Shown: positions 9,222 to 19,374 of the stretch, piece by piece | How the letters are laid out: every line of letters starts with the position of its first letter | Position numbering within the stretch: position 1 is the first letter of the stretch | Assembly (NCBI GenBank): GCA_938084745.1 | Contig: CALKEZ010000006.1 | Span: 3,007-67,006, forward strand | Source of the DNA: an uncultured Gammaproteobacteria bacterium | GTDB lineage: Bacteria; Pseudomonadota; Gammaproteobacteria; Eutrophobiales; Eutrophobiaceae | DNA length: 64,000 bases | Reading direction: 5' to 3' | The notes under the pieces: model-generated | Database searches by the model: none | The model's input: the letters and a program-made list of their open reading frames with translations, nothing else | What the model was told of the DNA's origin: nothing | Program-made: the position numbers and the translations under genes

Positions 9222-9971
9222 ATGAAGGCTATTATTCTTGCCGCGGGCATAGGTAACCGACTCGGCAATCATGCTGCAAACCAACCTAAATCGTTACTGG
9301 AATTTGATGGAAAAAGCTTATTAAAACGTCATATTGAGATTCTTTCGGCAAATAATATCGACGAAATTACCATTGTCACCGGCTACGAATCCGCGCTGCT
9401 GATGGATCATCTTCAGGGTCAAAGCATACCTATCAATTACATTTATAATGACCGTTATACCGAAGGCAGTATCATCAGTCTCGGCTGTGCACGGCCGGTA
9501 ATAGTGAGTGAACCTGAATTTATCTTAATGGATGCTGATGTTCTTTATGATCAGGAAATGATTCGGCGTTTGGTCAATACCGCTATAAACAACTGCCTCT
9601 TGCTGGATCGCGACTTTATCCCGGGCGATGAACCAGTCAAGATTTGTGTTGATAAAAATGGACGCATAAATGAATTTAGAAAACACATCGCTGACGATCT
9701 TGATTATACTATGCAGGGAGAATCAGTAGGCTTTTTCAAATTTAATAACCACATTGGCCAGTCCCTGCTTGAACGTATCGATGACTATCTTGCCAAAGGC
9801 GAAAACAAGACGCCCTATGAAGAAGCTATTCGCGATTTGTTATTAGAAGATGCGACACGATTTGGCTATGAAGATGTCACCGGTGTCCCCTGGATCGAAA
9901 TTGATTTCCCTGAAGATATTGAACGTGCACAAAACGAGATAATACCCGCATTAACCCCTATCAATCATTAA
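9222..9971 (+). CDS. LicC/PntC-like nucleotidyltransferase (probable phosphonate or phospho-alcohol cytidylyltransferase)
   Basis: N-terminal MKAIILAAGIGNRLG nucleotide-binding signature, KSLLEFDGKSLL, and C-terminal GVPWIEIDFPEDIERA. It sits immediately upstream of pepM. Confidence 0.75.
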   Translation: MKAIILAAGIGNRLGNHAANQPKSLLEFDGKSLLKRHIEILSANNIDEITIVTGYESALLMDHLQGQSIPINYIYNDRYTEGSIISLGCARPVIVSEPEFILMDADVLYDQEMIRRLVNTAINNCLLLDRDFIPGDEPVKICVDKNGRINEFRKHIADDLDYTMQGESVGFFKFNNHIGQSLLERIDDYLAKGENKTPYEEAIRDLLLEDATRFGYEDVTGVPWIEIDFPEDIERAQNEIIPALTPINH

Positions 9972-9990
9972 TCAGTAGTTAATATAAAAA

Positions 9991-11628
9991 ATGTCTAAAA
10001 ATAGCCATAAAGAAATAAGCAAATGCAAACAGCTGCGTACGCTGCTTGAATCAAACGAACTTGAATTTATCCTCGAAGCCCATAACGGCATCTCGGCAAG
10101 CATTGTAGAAAGCGCCGGTTTTAAGGGTATCTGGGGCAGTGGCCTTGCGATGTCCGCACAGTTTGGCGTACGTGATAGTAATGAGGCCAGTTGGACGCAA
10201 GTGGTCGATATGCTCGAATTCATGTCAGATGCCACCACCATCCCTATCTTGCTAGATGGCGATACCGGCTACGGTAACTTTAATAATATGCGCCGACTGG
10301 TGGTAAAACTTGAGCAACGTGATATCGCTGGCGTCTGCATAGAAGACAAACAGTTCCCTAAAACCAACAGCTTTATTGATGGCAATAAACAACCACTGGC
10401 TGAGATTGGCGAATTCTGTGGCAAGATTAAAGCAGGCAAAGATAGCCAGACCAATGATGATTTTTGTATTGTCGCCAGAGTCGAGGCCTTGATCGCCGGC
10501 TGGGGATTAACTGAGGCATTGAAAAGAGCCGAAGCCTATCATCAGGCTGGAGCGGATGGAATATTAATCCATAGCAAGTTATCCAGACCCGATGAAATCC
10601 TCGCCTTTGCCAAAGAATGGGCTGGACGTTCACCATTGGTTATTGTGCCGACCAAATATTACAGCACACCAACCGACGCCTTTCGTAAAGCAGGTATCGA
10701 TCTTGTTATCTGGGCAAACCACATGATCCGCACCGCTGTGGCCGCCATGGAAAAAACCAGCAAGACTATTTACGAATCAGAGTCTTTAGTTGATGTGGAA
10801 GACAAGATTGCCGGTGTCGACCATATCTTCAAATTACAGGGTGCTGAAGAACTAAGTAAGGCACAGGATAAATACCTCGTCCAAAAGTCGGATATCCACG
10901 CGATCATTCTGGCTGCCAGCCGCGGCAATGAGCTACATGAATTAACGCATGATAAACCCAAGGCCATGATCAGTATTGGTGGCAAAACCCTGCTCGGTCG
11001 CTTAATGGACGGGCTTAAAAAAGCAGGCATCAATAAATCCACCGTCATTGCCGGTTATAAAGCAGAGGCAATAAACCTGCTCGGCATCGAAAAATGCATT
11101 AATGAAGATTATGAAAACGGCGATGAATTAAAAACATTGATCTGCGCACAAGAGAATTTCAACGATGACATGCTGATTCTTTATAGTGATCTTTTATTCC
11201 GGGAATATATTCTCAGGGACTTGATTGAAATAGAAGGCGAAGTGGTCATTATCGTTGACTCTGCGCTGGACAATCCAAATATTACCGGCTCACCAGACTA
11301 TGCTTACTGTAGTAAAGATGATGACCGTTCACCCTTTATGCAAAATGTGACGCTAACCCAATTGTCTTCATCGGCAGATGCCGCTGCGAAACCACCCTCC
11401 GGTTACTGGATTGGCATGATGCGCGTCAGGAAAGAAGGTCGACAATGGATAGAAGCCGCACTCGATGAATTAAAGACTGCAGCAAACTTTAATGAACTGA
11501 CTTTGCCCGATCTGTTGAACCATCTCATCAAACAAGGCAAACCCATTCATGTTCATTATATTGATGGCCATTGGCTTGATGTGAATTCACTGGACGATAT
11601 TGATCGCGCTGGCGATTTCACACAATAA
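9991..11628 (+). CDS. pepM: phosphoenolpyruvate mutase (PepM) fused to a C-terminal nucleotidyltransferase-like domain
   Basis: The N-terminal ~290 aa show isocitrate-lyase/PEP-mutase superfamily motifs ([26 protein letters not shown]). The C-terminal ~250 aa resemble an NTP-transferase ([14 protein letters not shown]...[14 protein letters not shown]...[16 protein letters not shown]). Confidence 0.9.
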   Translation: MSKNSHKEISKCKQLRTLLESNELEFILEAHNGISASIVESAGFKGIWGSGLAMSAQFGVRDSNEASWTQVVDMLEFMSDATTIPILLDGDTGYGNFNNMRRLVVKLEQRDIAGVCIEDKQFPKTNSFIDGNKQPLAEIGEFCGKIKAGKDSQTNDDFCIVARVEALIAGWGLTEALKRAEAYHQAGADGILIHSKLSRPDEILAFAKEWAGRSPLVIVPTKYYSTPTDAFRKAGIDLVIWANHMIRTAVAAMEKTSKTIYESESLVDVEDKIAGVDHIFKLQGAEELSKAQDKYLVQKSDIHAIILAASRGNELHELTHDKPKAMISIGGKTLLGRLMDGLKKAGINKSTVIAGYKAEAINLLGIEKCINEDYENGDELKTLICAQENFNDDMLILYSDLLFREYILRDLIEIEGEVVIIVDSALDNPNITGSPDYAYCSKDDDRSPFMQNVTLTQLSSSADAAAKPPSGYWIGMMRVRKEGRQWIEAALDELKTAANFNELTLPDLLNHLIKQGKPIHVHYIDGHWLDVNSLDDIDRAGDFTQ

Positions 11629-11664
11629 TGAATCAATGCAATTAAACCTTAAAAGAGAAGTACA

Positions 11665-12819
11665 TTGATAGAAGCAAAAGATTTTGTTGAAGCGGCCCGA
11701 GAACTCGGCTTCAGTCGTTATACAGGTGTGCCCTGTTCATTTTTAACACCGTTTATTAACTATGTCATTAATGATGATGCATTGGAATATGTCTCATCCG
11801 CAAACGAAGGCGATGCGTTGGCCACTGCCGCTGGCGCAGCCATTGGCGGTCAACGTTCCGTTGTGATGATGCAAAACTCAGGTTTGGGTAATGCGGTCAG
11901 TCCCATCACCTCGCTGTCTTATGTATTTCGTATCCCGTGTTTAATCATCAGCACGCATCGCGGGCAACCCGGCGTAAAGGATGAACCACAACATGAACTG
12001 ATGGGACAAATCACCAAAGAACTGTTCGACACGATGCGTGTGCCCTGGGAAATTTTTCCCAGCAAGCTAGAAGATATTGCGCCTGCCTTGCAACGCGCCG
12101 ATGAATACATGAAGAAAGAACAACGACCTTATGCCTTCATCATGGAAAAAGGGATGGTAGCACCACAGGCATTATATAAAAATCCTGTTGCCAATATTTC
12201 AGGACGCAAAGCCCTTGTTCGTTCAGCATATAATCCCGGTGCCATATCGATAAATCGTAATGCAGCATTACGGCGTATTATCGATCACACACCAGAAGAG
12301 AATACCGTCTTAATTGCGACTACCGGATTTACCGGACGTGAGTTATTCGCGATTAATGATCGACCGAATCAAATCTACATGGTCGGTTCGATGGGTTGTG
12401 CCTCATCGCTAGGCCTGGGGATTGCCCTAGCGAGGCCCGATTTAAAAGTCGTTGTGATCGACGGCGACGGTGCTGGCTTGATGCGCATGGGAAATTTCGC
12501 AACCATCGGCAGCTATGCTGGCAATAACCTGATACATATACTATTAAATAATGAAGTACATGATTCCACCGGTGCCCAGGCAACCGTTGGTGGCAATATT
12601 GACTTTTCAAAGGTAGCTGAAGCGAGTGGCTATGGCGTCTGTTTATCGGGTAACGAAATCGAAACGATTGATGAGGTGTTTGCATTGGAACCACAAGCAG
12701 GACCCGTCTTCGCTCATCTAAAAATAGCTGCCGGTACAATTGATGATTTACCCAGGCCGGATATCACCCCAAACGAGGTATTAGTAAGATTTATGCAACA
12801 CATAAACAGCAGTTTTTAA
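11665..12819 (+). CDS. aepY: phosphonopyruvate decarboxylase (TPP-dependent)
   Basis: 384-aa ORF with a TTG start. TPP-binding motif VIDGDGAGLMRMGNFATIG...NNEVHDSTG. Positioned directly after pepM. Confidence 0.9.
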   Translation: MIEAKDFVEAARELGFSRYTGVPCSFLTPFINYVINDDALEYVSSANEGDALATAAGAAIGGQRSVVMMQNSGLGNAVSPITSLSYVFRIPCLIISTHRGQPGVKDEPQHELMGQITKELFDTMRVPWEIFPSKLEDIAPALQRADEYMKKEQRPYAFIMEKGMVAPQALYKNPVANISGRKALVRSAYNPGAISINRNAALRRIIDHTPEENTVLIATTGFTGRELFAINDRPNQIYMVGSMGCASSLGLGIALARPDLKVVVIDGDGAGLMRMGNFATIGSYAGNNLIHILLNNEVHDSTGAQATVGGNIDFSKVAEASGYGVCLSGNEIETIDEVFALEPQAGPVFAHLKIAAGTIDDLPRPDITPNEVLVRFMQHINSSF

Positions 12820-12821
12820 CT

Positions 12822-13910
12822 ATGACAACTCTATTACTCAATCCGGGCCCTGTCGTTTTAAGTAAACGTGTGCGTGAGGCACTGTTAAAACCCGATCTCT
12901 GTCATCGCGAACAAGAGTTTATCGATTTACAAAACAAGATCCGAACTGAGTTGTTGAATATTTATCAACTCCTCGCTACCGACTGGGCAAGTATTGTCTT
13001 TACCGGTTCTGGCACCTCAGCAATGGAAGCGATGCTGACCAGCCTTGTGCCCGCACACGGCAAAGTACTAATCATCGAAAATGGCGTCTATGGTGAACGC
13101 CTGACCAAGATTGCCCAGATACATGATATTGCGCATGTCGTACTACATAATGGATGGGGTGATGAGATCGATCTCGTCAAGCTTGAAGGAGAACTCCAAT
13201 ACCATAAAGAAATTTCACATGTTGCCGTAGTCCATCATGAAACTACCACGGGACGTTTAAATGATATCGATGCCATTGCAGAACTCTGCAAAAAATACGG
13301 CAACATCCCTATGCTACTCGATGCTGTCAGCAGCTTTGGTGCAGAAGAAATAAAATTTGAAGACTGGAATATCGCTGCCTGTGCCGCAACCGCAAACAAA
13401 TGTTTACATGCCGTACCAGGGACATCTTTCGTGATTGCAAATAGAACCGCGATGGCACAAATGTCGGCAACACCTCCCCGCACACTCTATCTTGATCTGG
13501 TTACCTACCTTAAAAATCAGGACGCCAATGGCACACCCTTCACGCAATCGGTACACACATTCTATGCTTTGGCCGAGGCATTAGATGAATTAAACGATGC
13601 GGGTGGTTGGAAAAAAAGACAACAACTCTACTGGCAACGCATGGATATCGTGCGTGATGGTTTACAACAACTAAACATCAACGCCTGCCTTGAACGAGAA
13701 CAATGCTCCTGTGTATTAAACTCATTCCCGTTACCCAAAGGCATCAGTTACGAATTACTACATGACAAACTCAAAACAGCCGGCTTCGTGATCTACGCCG
13801 GTCAAGGCAGCTTTGCACAATCACGCTTTCGCATCTCTTGCATGGGAGAGATAAGTAATAGTGATATGGAACGGTTAGTTAAAGAAATTAAAAATATTGT
13901 TAGTGGTTAG
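12822..13910 (+). CDS. phnW: 2-aminoethylphosphonate--pyruvate transaminase (class V aminotransferase)
   Basis: 362-aa ORF with class V aminotransferase features (LLNPGPV, FTGSGTSAMEA, ANKCLHAVPG lysine region). It starts 2 nt after the ppd stop. Confidence 0.85.
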   Translation: MTTLLLNPGPVVLSKRVREALLKPDLCHREQEFIDLQNKIRTELLNIYQLLATDWASIVFTGSGTSAMEAMLTSLVPAHGKVLIIENGVYGERLTKIAQIHDIAHVVLHNGWGDEIDLVKLEGELQYHKEISHVAVVHHETTTGRLNDIDAIAELCKKYGNIPMLLDAVSSFGAEEIKFEDWNIAACAATANKCLHAVPGTSFVIANRTAMAQMSATPPRTLYLDLVTYLKNQDANGTPFTQSVHTFYALAEALDELNDAGGWKKRQQLYWQRMDIVRDGLQQLNINACLEREQCSCVLNSFPLPKGISYELLHDKLKTAGFVIYAGQGSFAQSRFRISCMGEISNSDMERLVKEIKNIVSG

Positions 13911-13967
13911 CAATCAAGCGTCTTGATCATGAAAGTTGCCATCAGCCAGTACGCTAGTTAAATTGCA

Positions 13968-14288
13968 ATGAAGCGATCAGGCATAATTAAACTAAGTATT
14001 TGGTTAATTATTTGTAGTGCTATTTTGTGCGTACCGTTGTTTGATATGCATAATAAAGAGGCTCACGTTTATTATGGGCTGCTTATGTTAGGGATAACAT
14101 TTCCTTCAGGTTATTTATTTGCAATCTCTATTGCATTTATTGGGTTTTCTCTGGATAAGTGCTGCGGAATCTCATTGCCCGGTAATGAATTAATGCTAAT
14201 TCCCGTTTGGATTGGTTTTGTAATAGTTGGCTATATCCAGTGGTTTATATTAACTCCATGGATATTCAAAAAATTAAAAGGGAATTAG
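13968..14288 (+). CDS. small polytopic membrane protein, function unknown
   Basis: 106-aa ORF with three to four hydrophobic segments. I recognise no family. Confidence 0.45.
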   Translation: MKRSGIIKLSIWLIICSAILCVPLFDMHNKEAHVYYGLLMLGITFPSGYLFAISIAFIGFSLDKCCGISLPGNELMLIPVWIGFVIVGYIQWFILTPWIFKKLKGN

Positions 14289-14381
14289 TTTGGGCTGACT
14301 ATTCAGTCCAAAGCGAAGTTGCCTAACTGAATGGCTGAATCCATTCGTTAATTTATCAACTAAAGATACTTAAAATTTTCA

Positions 14382-14618
14382 GTGAATAACAAAAAGCCAA
14401 GGGTTTTATCAATCGCACTTTCGAGTGAGGTTGTTGCTATATCGATAAAGATGTCTTTGGTCGTTGGAACACTATTGGCAATGATTAATCATGGGTCAGC
14501 AATACTGGAAGGTTCATTAAATCAAGAAAGAGTTTTTCAAATCGCATTAACTTATCTCGTGCCCTATTGTGTGGCTACTTTATCTTCAGTCAAAGCCATT
14601 CAAAAACGCACTCCCTAA
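14382..14618 (+). CDS. NrtS-family small membrane protein (putative nitrate/nitrite transporter NrtS)
   Basis: 78-aa ORF with a GTG start. SLVVGTLLAMINHGSAIL...ALTYLVPYCVAT matches my recollection of the NrtS signature (VVG..L..INHG ... TY.VPY.V). Confidence 0.5.
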   Translation: MNNKKPRVLSIALSSEVVAISIKMSLVVGTLLAMINHGSAILEGSLNQERVFQIALTYLVPYCVATLSSVKAIQKRTP

Positions 14619-14661
14619 AAATAGACTAATATTAATCATCTTGATTAATGTTTAATTCCCC

Positions 14662-14803
14662 CTTATAGCTTGCCTCGTCTTTATTCTATTTTGGAGGGTT
14701 GAGCAACACGGATGTTGCGAAAGCGTATTGACCAGAGGGACGTCGTCTATACGCGTGCCAGTTAAAATAGAATAAGGACGAGGGTATCCGCAGGACAAGC
14801 TAT
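14662..14803. other. ~140-nt imperfect palindrome / multi-stem structured element (possible sRNA, REP- or MITE-like element)
   Basis: The 20-nt arms 14673-14692 and 14764-14783 are complementary with one G-T wobble when read on the + strand. An outer 8-bp stem pairs 14665-14672 with 14796-14803. Internal hairpins are gcaac/gttgc (14703-14718) and gcgtat/atacgc (14723-14754). Confidence 0.5.
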
Positions 14804-14823
14804 TGGCGTGGTCTTTCTTTTGC

Positions 14824-14855
14824 TTACTTTTCTTTGACCATTCAAAGAAAAGTAA
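14824..14855. terminator. Perfect 14-bp hairpin in the convergent gap downstream of dxs (candidate bidirectional terminator, atypical)
   Basis: ttacttttctttga / tcaaagaaaagtaa with a 4-nt loop ccat. There is no clean U-tract on either strand, so terminator function is uncertain. Confidence 0.4.
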
Positions 14856-14902
14856 CTCGCTATCAAGCGAAATCTAAACTTAAAAGTAAACTAGAGAAAA
14901 AA

Positions 14903-16804
14903 CTACGATGCTCTACTAATTTTTCGTTCCTTTTCAGATTGATCTAATTGCGCAGTAATAAAGTCAAGTATGCCTTCATAATCGAGCTTCGCATCTCTTA
15001 ACATATCATCTCGGGAACCGTGTTGAAGTAATCTATCCGGTAAACCGTAGTTAGCCACTTTTTGGGTAATGCCATGGGCTGCAATAACTTCATTCACAGC
15101 TGCACCGGCGCCACCGGGTATAACGTTTTCTTCAACCGTAACAATCAGATCATGATCGGCACACATTTCAACAATCAGCATTTCATCGATCGGTTTAACA
15201 AAACGCATGTTAACGACTGTTGCATTGAGTTCTTCTGCTATACGTTCACAAGGTTCAACCATGGTTCCAAATGCGAGTATTGCCAGGTTCTTGCCTTTAC
15301 GTCTTAGTTCAGCCTTACCAATCGGTAACGCCGTCATCTCTTGTTGAATTTCCACGCCGGGACCGGTGCCACGTGGATAACGCACGGCTGCAGGCTGATC
15401 GAGTTGATAACCTGTATATAGCATCTGACGACATTCGTTTTCATCTGCCGGTGCCATGATCACCATATTCGGCAAGCAACGCATAAAACTGAGATCGTAA
15501 GAACCGTTATGGGTTGGACCATCAGCACCAACACAACCGGCCCGGTCTATTGCAAACAGTACCGGTAATTCCTGAACAACGACGTCATGGATCAACTGAT
15601 CATAGGCGCGTTGCAGGAATGTAGAATAGATTGCAACAACCGGCTTTAAACCGTCACACGCCATACCAGCGGCAACAGTGACACTATGTTGTTCCGCGAT
15701 AGCCACATCGAAATACTTATCCGGGTGATCTTTTTCAAACTGAACCAGACCAGAGCCTTCACGCATCGCCGGGGTTATTGCCGCAAAACGGTGATCCAGT
15801 GTTGCCATATCATTGGCCCAATCACCAAAGATCTTGCTATAGGTTGGACCGGAAGAAGACGGTTTAGCGGGTGGAACAATACCCTTGTGTGGATCAAACG
15901 GTGTAACACCATGATATTTAACCGGATCATTCTCCGCCGGCTCGTAGCCTTTTCCTTTCTTGGTAATGATGTGTAAAAACTGGGGACCTTCGAGTTCTCT
16001 TATGTTCTTTAAGGTCGCGATCAGCGCATGCAGATCATGCCCGTCTACCGGCCCAATATAATTGAATCCAAATTCTTCAAATAATGTTCCCGGAACAATC
16101 AAGCCTTTGACATGCTCTTCTGCTCGTTTCGCTAATTCGACTGCATTCGGGATATTGGATAATACTTTTTTACTGCCCTTGCGCATGCTGGAATATATCT
16201 TTCCGGAGATTAACTGCGCAAAACGATTTGAAAGTGCACCGACATTGGGTGAAATCGACATATTATTGTCATTCAGAATAACCAACAGGTCGCTATGTTG
16301 TGCGCCGGCATGATTCAGCGCCTCAAAAGCCATACCCGCTGTCATACTGCCATCGCCAATAATGGCGACACATTTTCGATCTGAACCGGTTCTGGACGCC
16401 GCTATAGACATACCCAAAGCCGCACTAATAGAGGTACTGGAATGCCCTACTCCAAAGGTGTCGTATTCACTTTCATCACGTTTGGGAAACGGGGCTAAAC
16501 CTTCCCATTGACGAATACTGTGCAGGCGATCTTTTCTGCCGGTCAGGATTTTATGAATATAGGCTTGATGACCCACGTCCCAAACCAGACGATCCTCCGG
16601 TGTGTTATACAGATAATGAAGTGCCACGGTTAGTTCCGTCACGCCCAAACTAGCCGCAAAGTGGCCACCACTCTTGCTCACAGAATGGAGCAAAAACAAT
16701 CTGAGTTCTTCGACGAGCTGTTCTAATTGCGATTCGGGCAGCTTTCTGAGATCTGCAGGGCAATTAATTTGGTCAAGAAGAGGTGTATTTATTTCGTTAT
16801 TCAT
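14903..16804 (-). CDS. dxs: 1-deoxy-D-xylulose-5-phosphate synthase
   Basis: 633-aa ORF with [24 protein letters not shown], the [18 protein letters not shown] motif and transketolase-like C-terminal domains. Confidence 0.95.
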   Translation of the reverse strand: MNNEINTPLLDQINCPADLRKLPESQLEQLVEELRLFLLHSVSKSGGHFAASLGVTELTVALHYLYNTPEDRLVWDVGHQAYIHKILTGRKDRLHSIRQWEGLAPFPKRDESEYDTFGVGHSSTSISAALGMSIAASRTGSDRKCVAIIGDGSMTAGMAFEALNHAGAQHSDLLVILNDNNMSISPNVGALSNRFAQLISGKIYSSMRKGSKKVLSNIPNAVELAKRAEEHVKGLIVPGTLFEEFGFNYIGPVDGHDLHALIATLKNIRELEGPQFLHIITKKGKGYEPAENDPVKYHGVTPFDPHKGIVPPAKPSSSGPTYSKIFGDWANDMATLDHRFAAITPAMREGSGLVQFEKDHPDKYFDVAIAEQHSVTVAAGMACDGLKPVVAIYSTFLQRAYDQLIHDVVVQELPVLFAIDRAGCVGADGPTHNGSYDLSFMRCLPNMVIMAPADENECRQMLYTGYQLDQPAAVRYPRGTGPGVEIQQEMTALPIGKAELRRKGKNLAILAFGTMVEPCERIAEELNATVVNMRFVKPIDEMLIVEMCADHDLIVTVEENVIPGGAGAAVNEVIAAHGITQKVANYGLPDRLLQHGSRDDMLRDAKLDYEGILDFITAQLDQSEKERKISRAS

Positions 16805-17029
16805 TACTTATTTGCTTTCAAATAGCGCATTATGAATAGTGATAAAGAGCCATGCAAGGAGTTCGATTCATTAACACAACAAAGATGCCTTAATGACCGA
16901 CCATGAAATTAACTAAACCCGAGGCTGTACATTCATGCAGACATCACTTATCTTGACGGGTTTTAGTGCAACAGCACATAAAATTGCATCAAAACTCGAT
17001 AATTAACCAACAATCTGGAGTCTTTCTTA

Positions 17030-18160
17030 ATGGGTGTACCTCTAATTCAGCAATTCAGGATGGGAAAATATATCCTCGGCAAAAAATTCAGTGGAGAAAA
17101 GAAATATCCATTGGTCTTAATGTTAGAGCCTTTGTTTCGTTGCAATCTGGCCTGTGCCGGCTGTGGCAAAATTGATTATCCGAAAGAGATACTGGATAAA
17201 CGCCTGAGTTATGAAGAATGCATGACTGCTATCGATGAATGTGGTGCCCCGGTCGTGTCTATTGCTGGCGGCGAACCATTGATACACAAGGAAATGAAGC
17301 AGATTGTTGATGGTTATATTGAGCGTAAGAAATTCGTTTATCTTTGCACAAACGCACTCTTGTTGAAGAAACATATTGATGAATACACACCATCACCCTA
17401 TTTAACCTTTTCTATCCATCTTGACGGTAATAAAGAGCGTCATGATGCGTCGGTCTGTCTAGACGGTGTTTTTGATAAATGTATAAATGTTATTAAACTG
17501 GCCCGTGAAAAAGGCTTCCGTGTCACCATCAACTGCACCCTGTTCCAGAACGAAACCGCTGATGAGGTTGCTGAATTCATGGATATGGCGATGGAATTGG
17601 GCGTCGAAGGCGTTACCATATCGCCGGGATACAATTACGAAAGAGCGCCAAAACAGGATGTATTCCTGAAGAAAACCGAAAGCAAACAACTTTTCCGAGA
17701 CATATTCAAATTAGGCATCGGTAAAAAATGGCGTTTCAACCAGTCCTCCTTGTATCTGGATTTCCTGGCCGGTAACCAGACCTATGAATGTACGCCCTGG
17801 GGGAATCCAACCCGTAATGTATTTGGTTGGCAAAAACCCTGTTACCTTTTGGTAGGCGAAGGTTATGCACCAACTTTCTCTGCCTTGATGGCAGATACTG
17901 AATGGGAAAATTATGGCACCGGACGTAATCCTAAATGCGCCAATTGCATGGTTCATTGTGGTTATGAAGCTACCGCTGTTAACGACACGGTAAGCCATCC
18001 ATTCAAGGCCTTGGGTATCTTCCTTAAAGGACCGAAGACGGAGGGCGAAATGGCACCTGAATTACCCATACTCTATGACGATGATGCGGTAACCGCACCG
18101 AAACTGGTTGCTGAAAATAAAGCGACAAAGAGTTGCGGTAGTAGTAAACAAGTCGCCTGA
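17030..18160 (+). CDS. hpnH: hopanoid biosynthesis radical SAM protein HpnH (adenosylhopane synthase)
   Basis: 376-aa ORF with the radical-SAM CNLACAGCGK motif preceded by YPLVLMLEPLFR. Length and C-terminal Cys-rich region (KCANCMVHCGYE) are typical of HpnH. Confidence 0.9.
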   Translation: MGVPLIQQFRMGKYILGKKFSGEKKYPLVLMLEPLFRCNLACAGCGKIDYPKEILDKRLSYEECMTAIDECGAPVVSIAGGEPLIHKEMKQIVDGYIERKKFVYLCTNALLLKKHIDEYTPSPYLTFSIHLDGNKERHDASVCLDGVFDKCINVIKLAREKGFRVTINCTLFQNETADEVAEFMDMAMELGVEGVTISPGYNYERAPKQDVFLKKTESKQLFRDIFKLGIGKKWRFNQSSLYLDFLAGNQTYECTPWGNPTRNVFGWQKPCYLLVGEGYAPTFSALMADTEWENYGTGRNPKCANCMVHCGYEATAVNDTVSHPFKALGIFLKGPKTEGEMAPELPILYDDDAVTAPKLVAENKATKSCGSSKQVA

Positions 18161-19272
18161 TGGAATTTACACTCCTGGCAGTAATGCCAGGATTGCTTAT
18201 CTGGGTCGCAATACTCTTATTGCCCTGGCGGCCCTGGAGTACCCGAGAATCTCTCGATAACCAAACCACAGAAAAACAGGACTTATCCGAAGTCACAGTC
18301 CTTATTCCCGCCCGGGATGAAGCTGACACAATAACTCAAACTCTCACTGCCCTGAAAGAACAGGGTGATGGACTGCAGGTGGTTCTGGTTGATGATCAAT
18401 CTACCGATAATACCGCTGAGCTGGCTAAATCCGTCAATCTGGCCAACCTCAATATCGTCTCTGGCACAACACTGGCCGACGGTTGGAGTGGTAAGTTATG
18501 GGCGCTGGAACAGGGTCGACAGCATGTGAAAACCAAATACCTTTTGTTGTTAGACGCTGATATTGTTTTAGTACCGGGGCTCATTCCAACACTCGTCGAA
18601 TTCGCACGAAAAAATGACTTGAAAATGTTGTCTTTAATGGCTCATTTGAAGATGCAATCACACTGGGAAAAGTTTTTAATGCCCGCCTTTATCTTCTTTT
18701 TCAAACTGCTTTATCCATTTCATCTGTCGAACAAACCTGCTTCATCAATCGCCGCTGCTGCAGGAGGCTGTATCCTGCTGGAATCGAGTATACTTGAAAA
18801 ATTAGGCGGGTTTGATTGCATCAAAAATGCCTTGATTGATGACTGTTCATTGGCTAGGCAAGTTAAAGCAGACGGACATAAGATCTGGATGGGTTTAACT
18901 CATTCGGCAATTAGTATTCGAAGTTACGATACACTTTCAACGATCTGGCAGATGGTCAGCCGAACAGCCTACACACAGCTTGCCTATTCCCCGCTACTGT
19001 TAATCATTTGCACTATGCTCATGATTGCTGCCTTTGGTTTACCCATCGCCGCATTATTACAAACACAACTCACTGTCTTCATAGCCGGTCTACTCATACT
19101 CGGCTTACAAGTCGTCTGTTATCTGCCCACGCTACGCTATTACTCGATGAATCCTCTGTATGCCTTATCATTGCCCTTAACCGGTGTTCTCTACTTATTA
19201 ATGACATGGAGTTCCGCATTTCATTATTATTTCGGTAAGGGCGCGGTCTGGAAGAACCGCCATTATAATTAA
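18160..19272 (+). CDS. hpnB: hopene-associated family-2 glycosyltransferase HpnB
   Basis: N-terminal TM segment, then VLIPARDEA...VVLVDDQSTDNT...GWSGKLWAL (GT2). The ATG overlaps the hpnH stop by 1 nt (tgATG). Confidence 0.75.
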   Translation: MEFTLLAVMPGLLIWVAILLLPWRPWSTRESLDNQTTEKQDLSEVTVLIPARDEADTITQTLTALKEQGDGLQVVLVDDQSTDNTAELAKSVNLANLNIVSGTTLADGWSGKLWALEQGRQHVKTKYLLLLDADIVLVPGLIPTLVEFARKNDLKMLSLMAHLKMQSHWEKFLMPAFIFFFKLLYPFHLSNKPASSIAAAAGGCILLESSILEKLGGFDCIKNALIDDCSLARQVKADGHKIWMGLTHSAISIRSYDTLSTIWQMVSRTAYTQLAYSPLLLIICTMLMIAAFGLPIAALLQTQLTVFIAGLLILGLQVVCYLPTLRYYSMNPLYALSLPLTGVLYLLMTWSSAFHYYFGKGAVWKNRHYN

Positions 19273-19374
19273 TTGCAACAAAACCCAGTTGAACACATCT
19301 AATTCTCTGTAACTTGGAAACAATGATAAAATAACCCGATTGATCTGCATTATAATAACCATGGATTTCACCTG

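Noticed and set aside
14712-14765. 17-codon micro-ORF (MLRKRIDQRDVVYTRAS) inside the palindromic element, preceded by GGAGGG
   Set aside because: The Shine-Dalgarno spacing is ~13 nt, which is too long. The peptide has no features, and the ORF is fully accounted for by the stem-forming sequence. I treat it as incidental.
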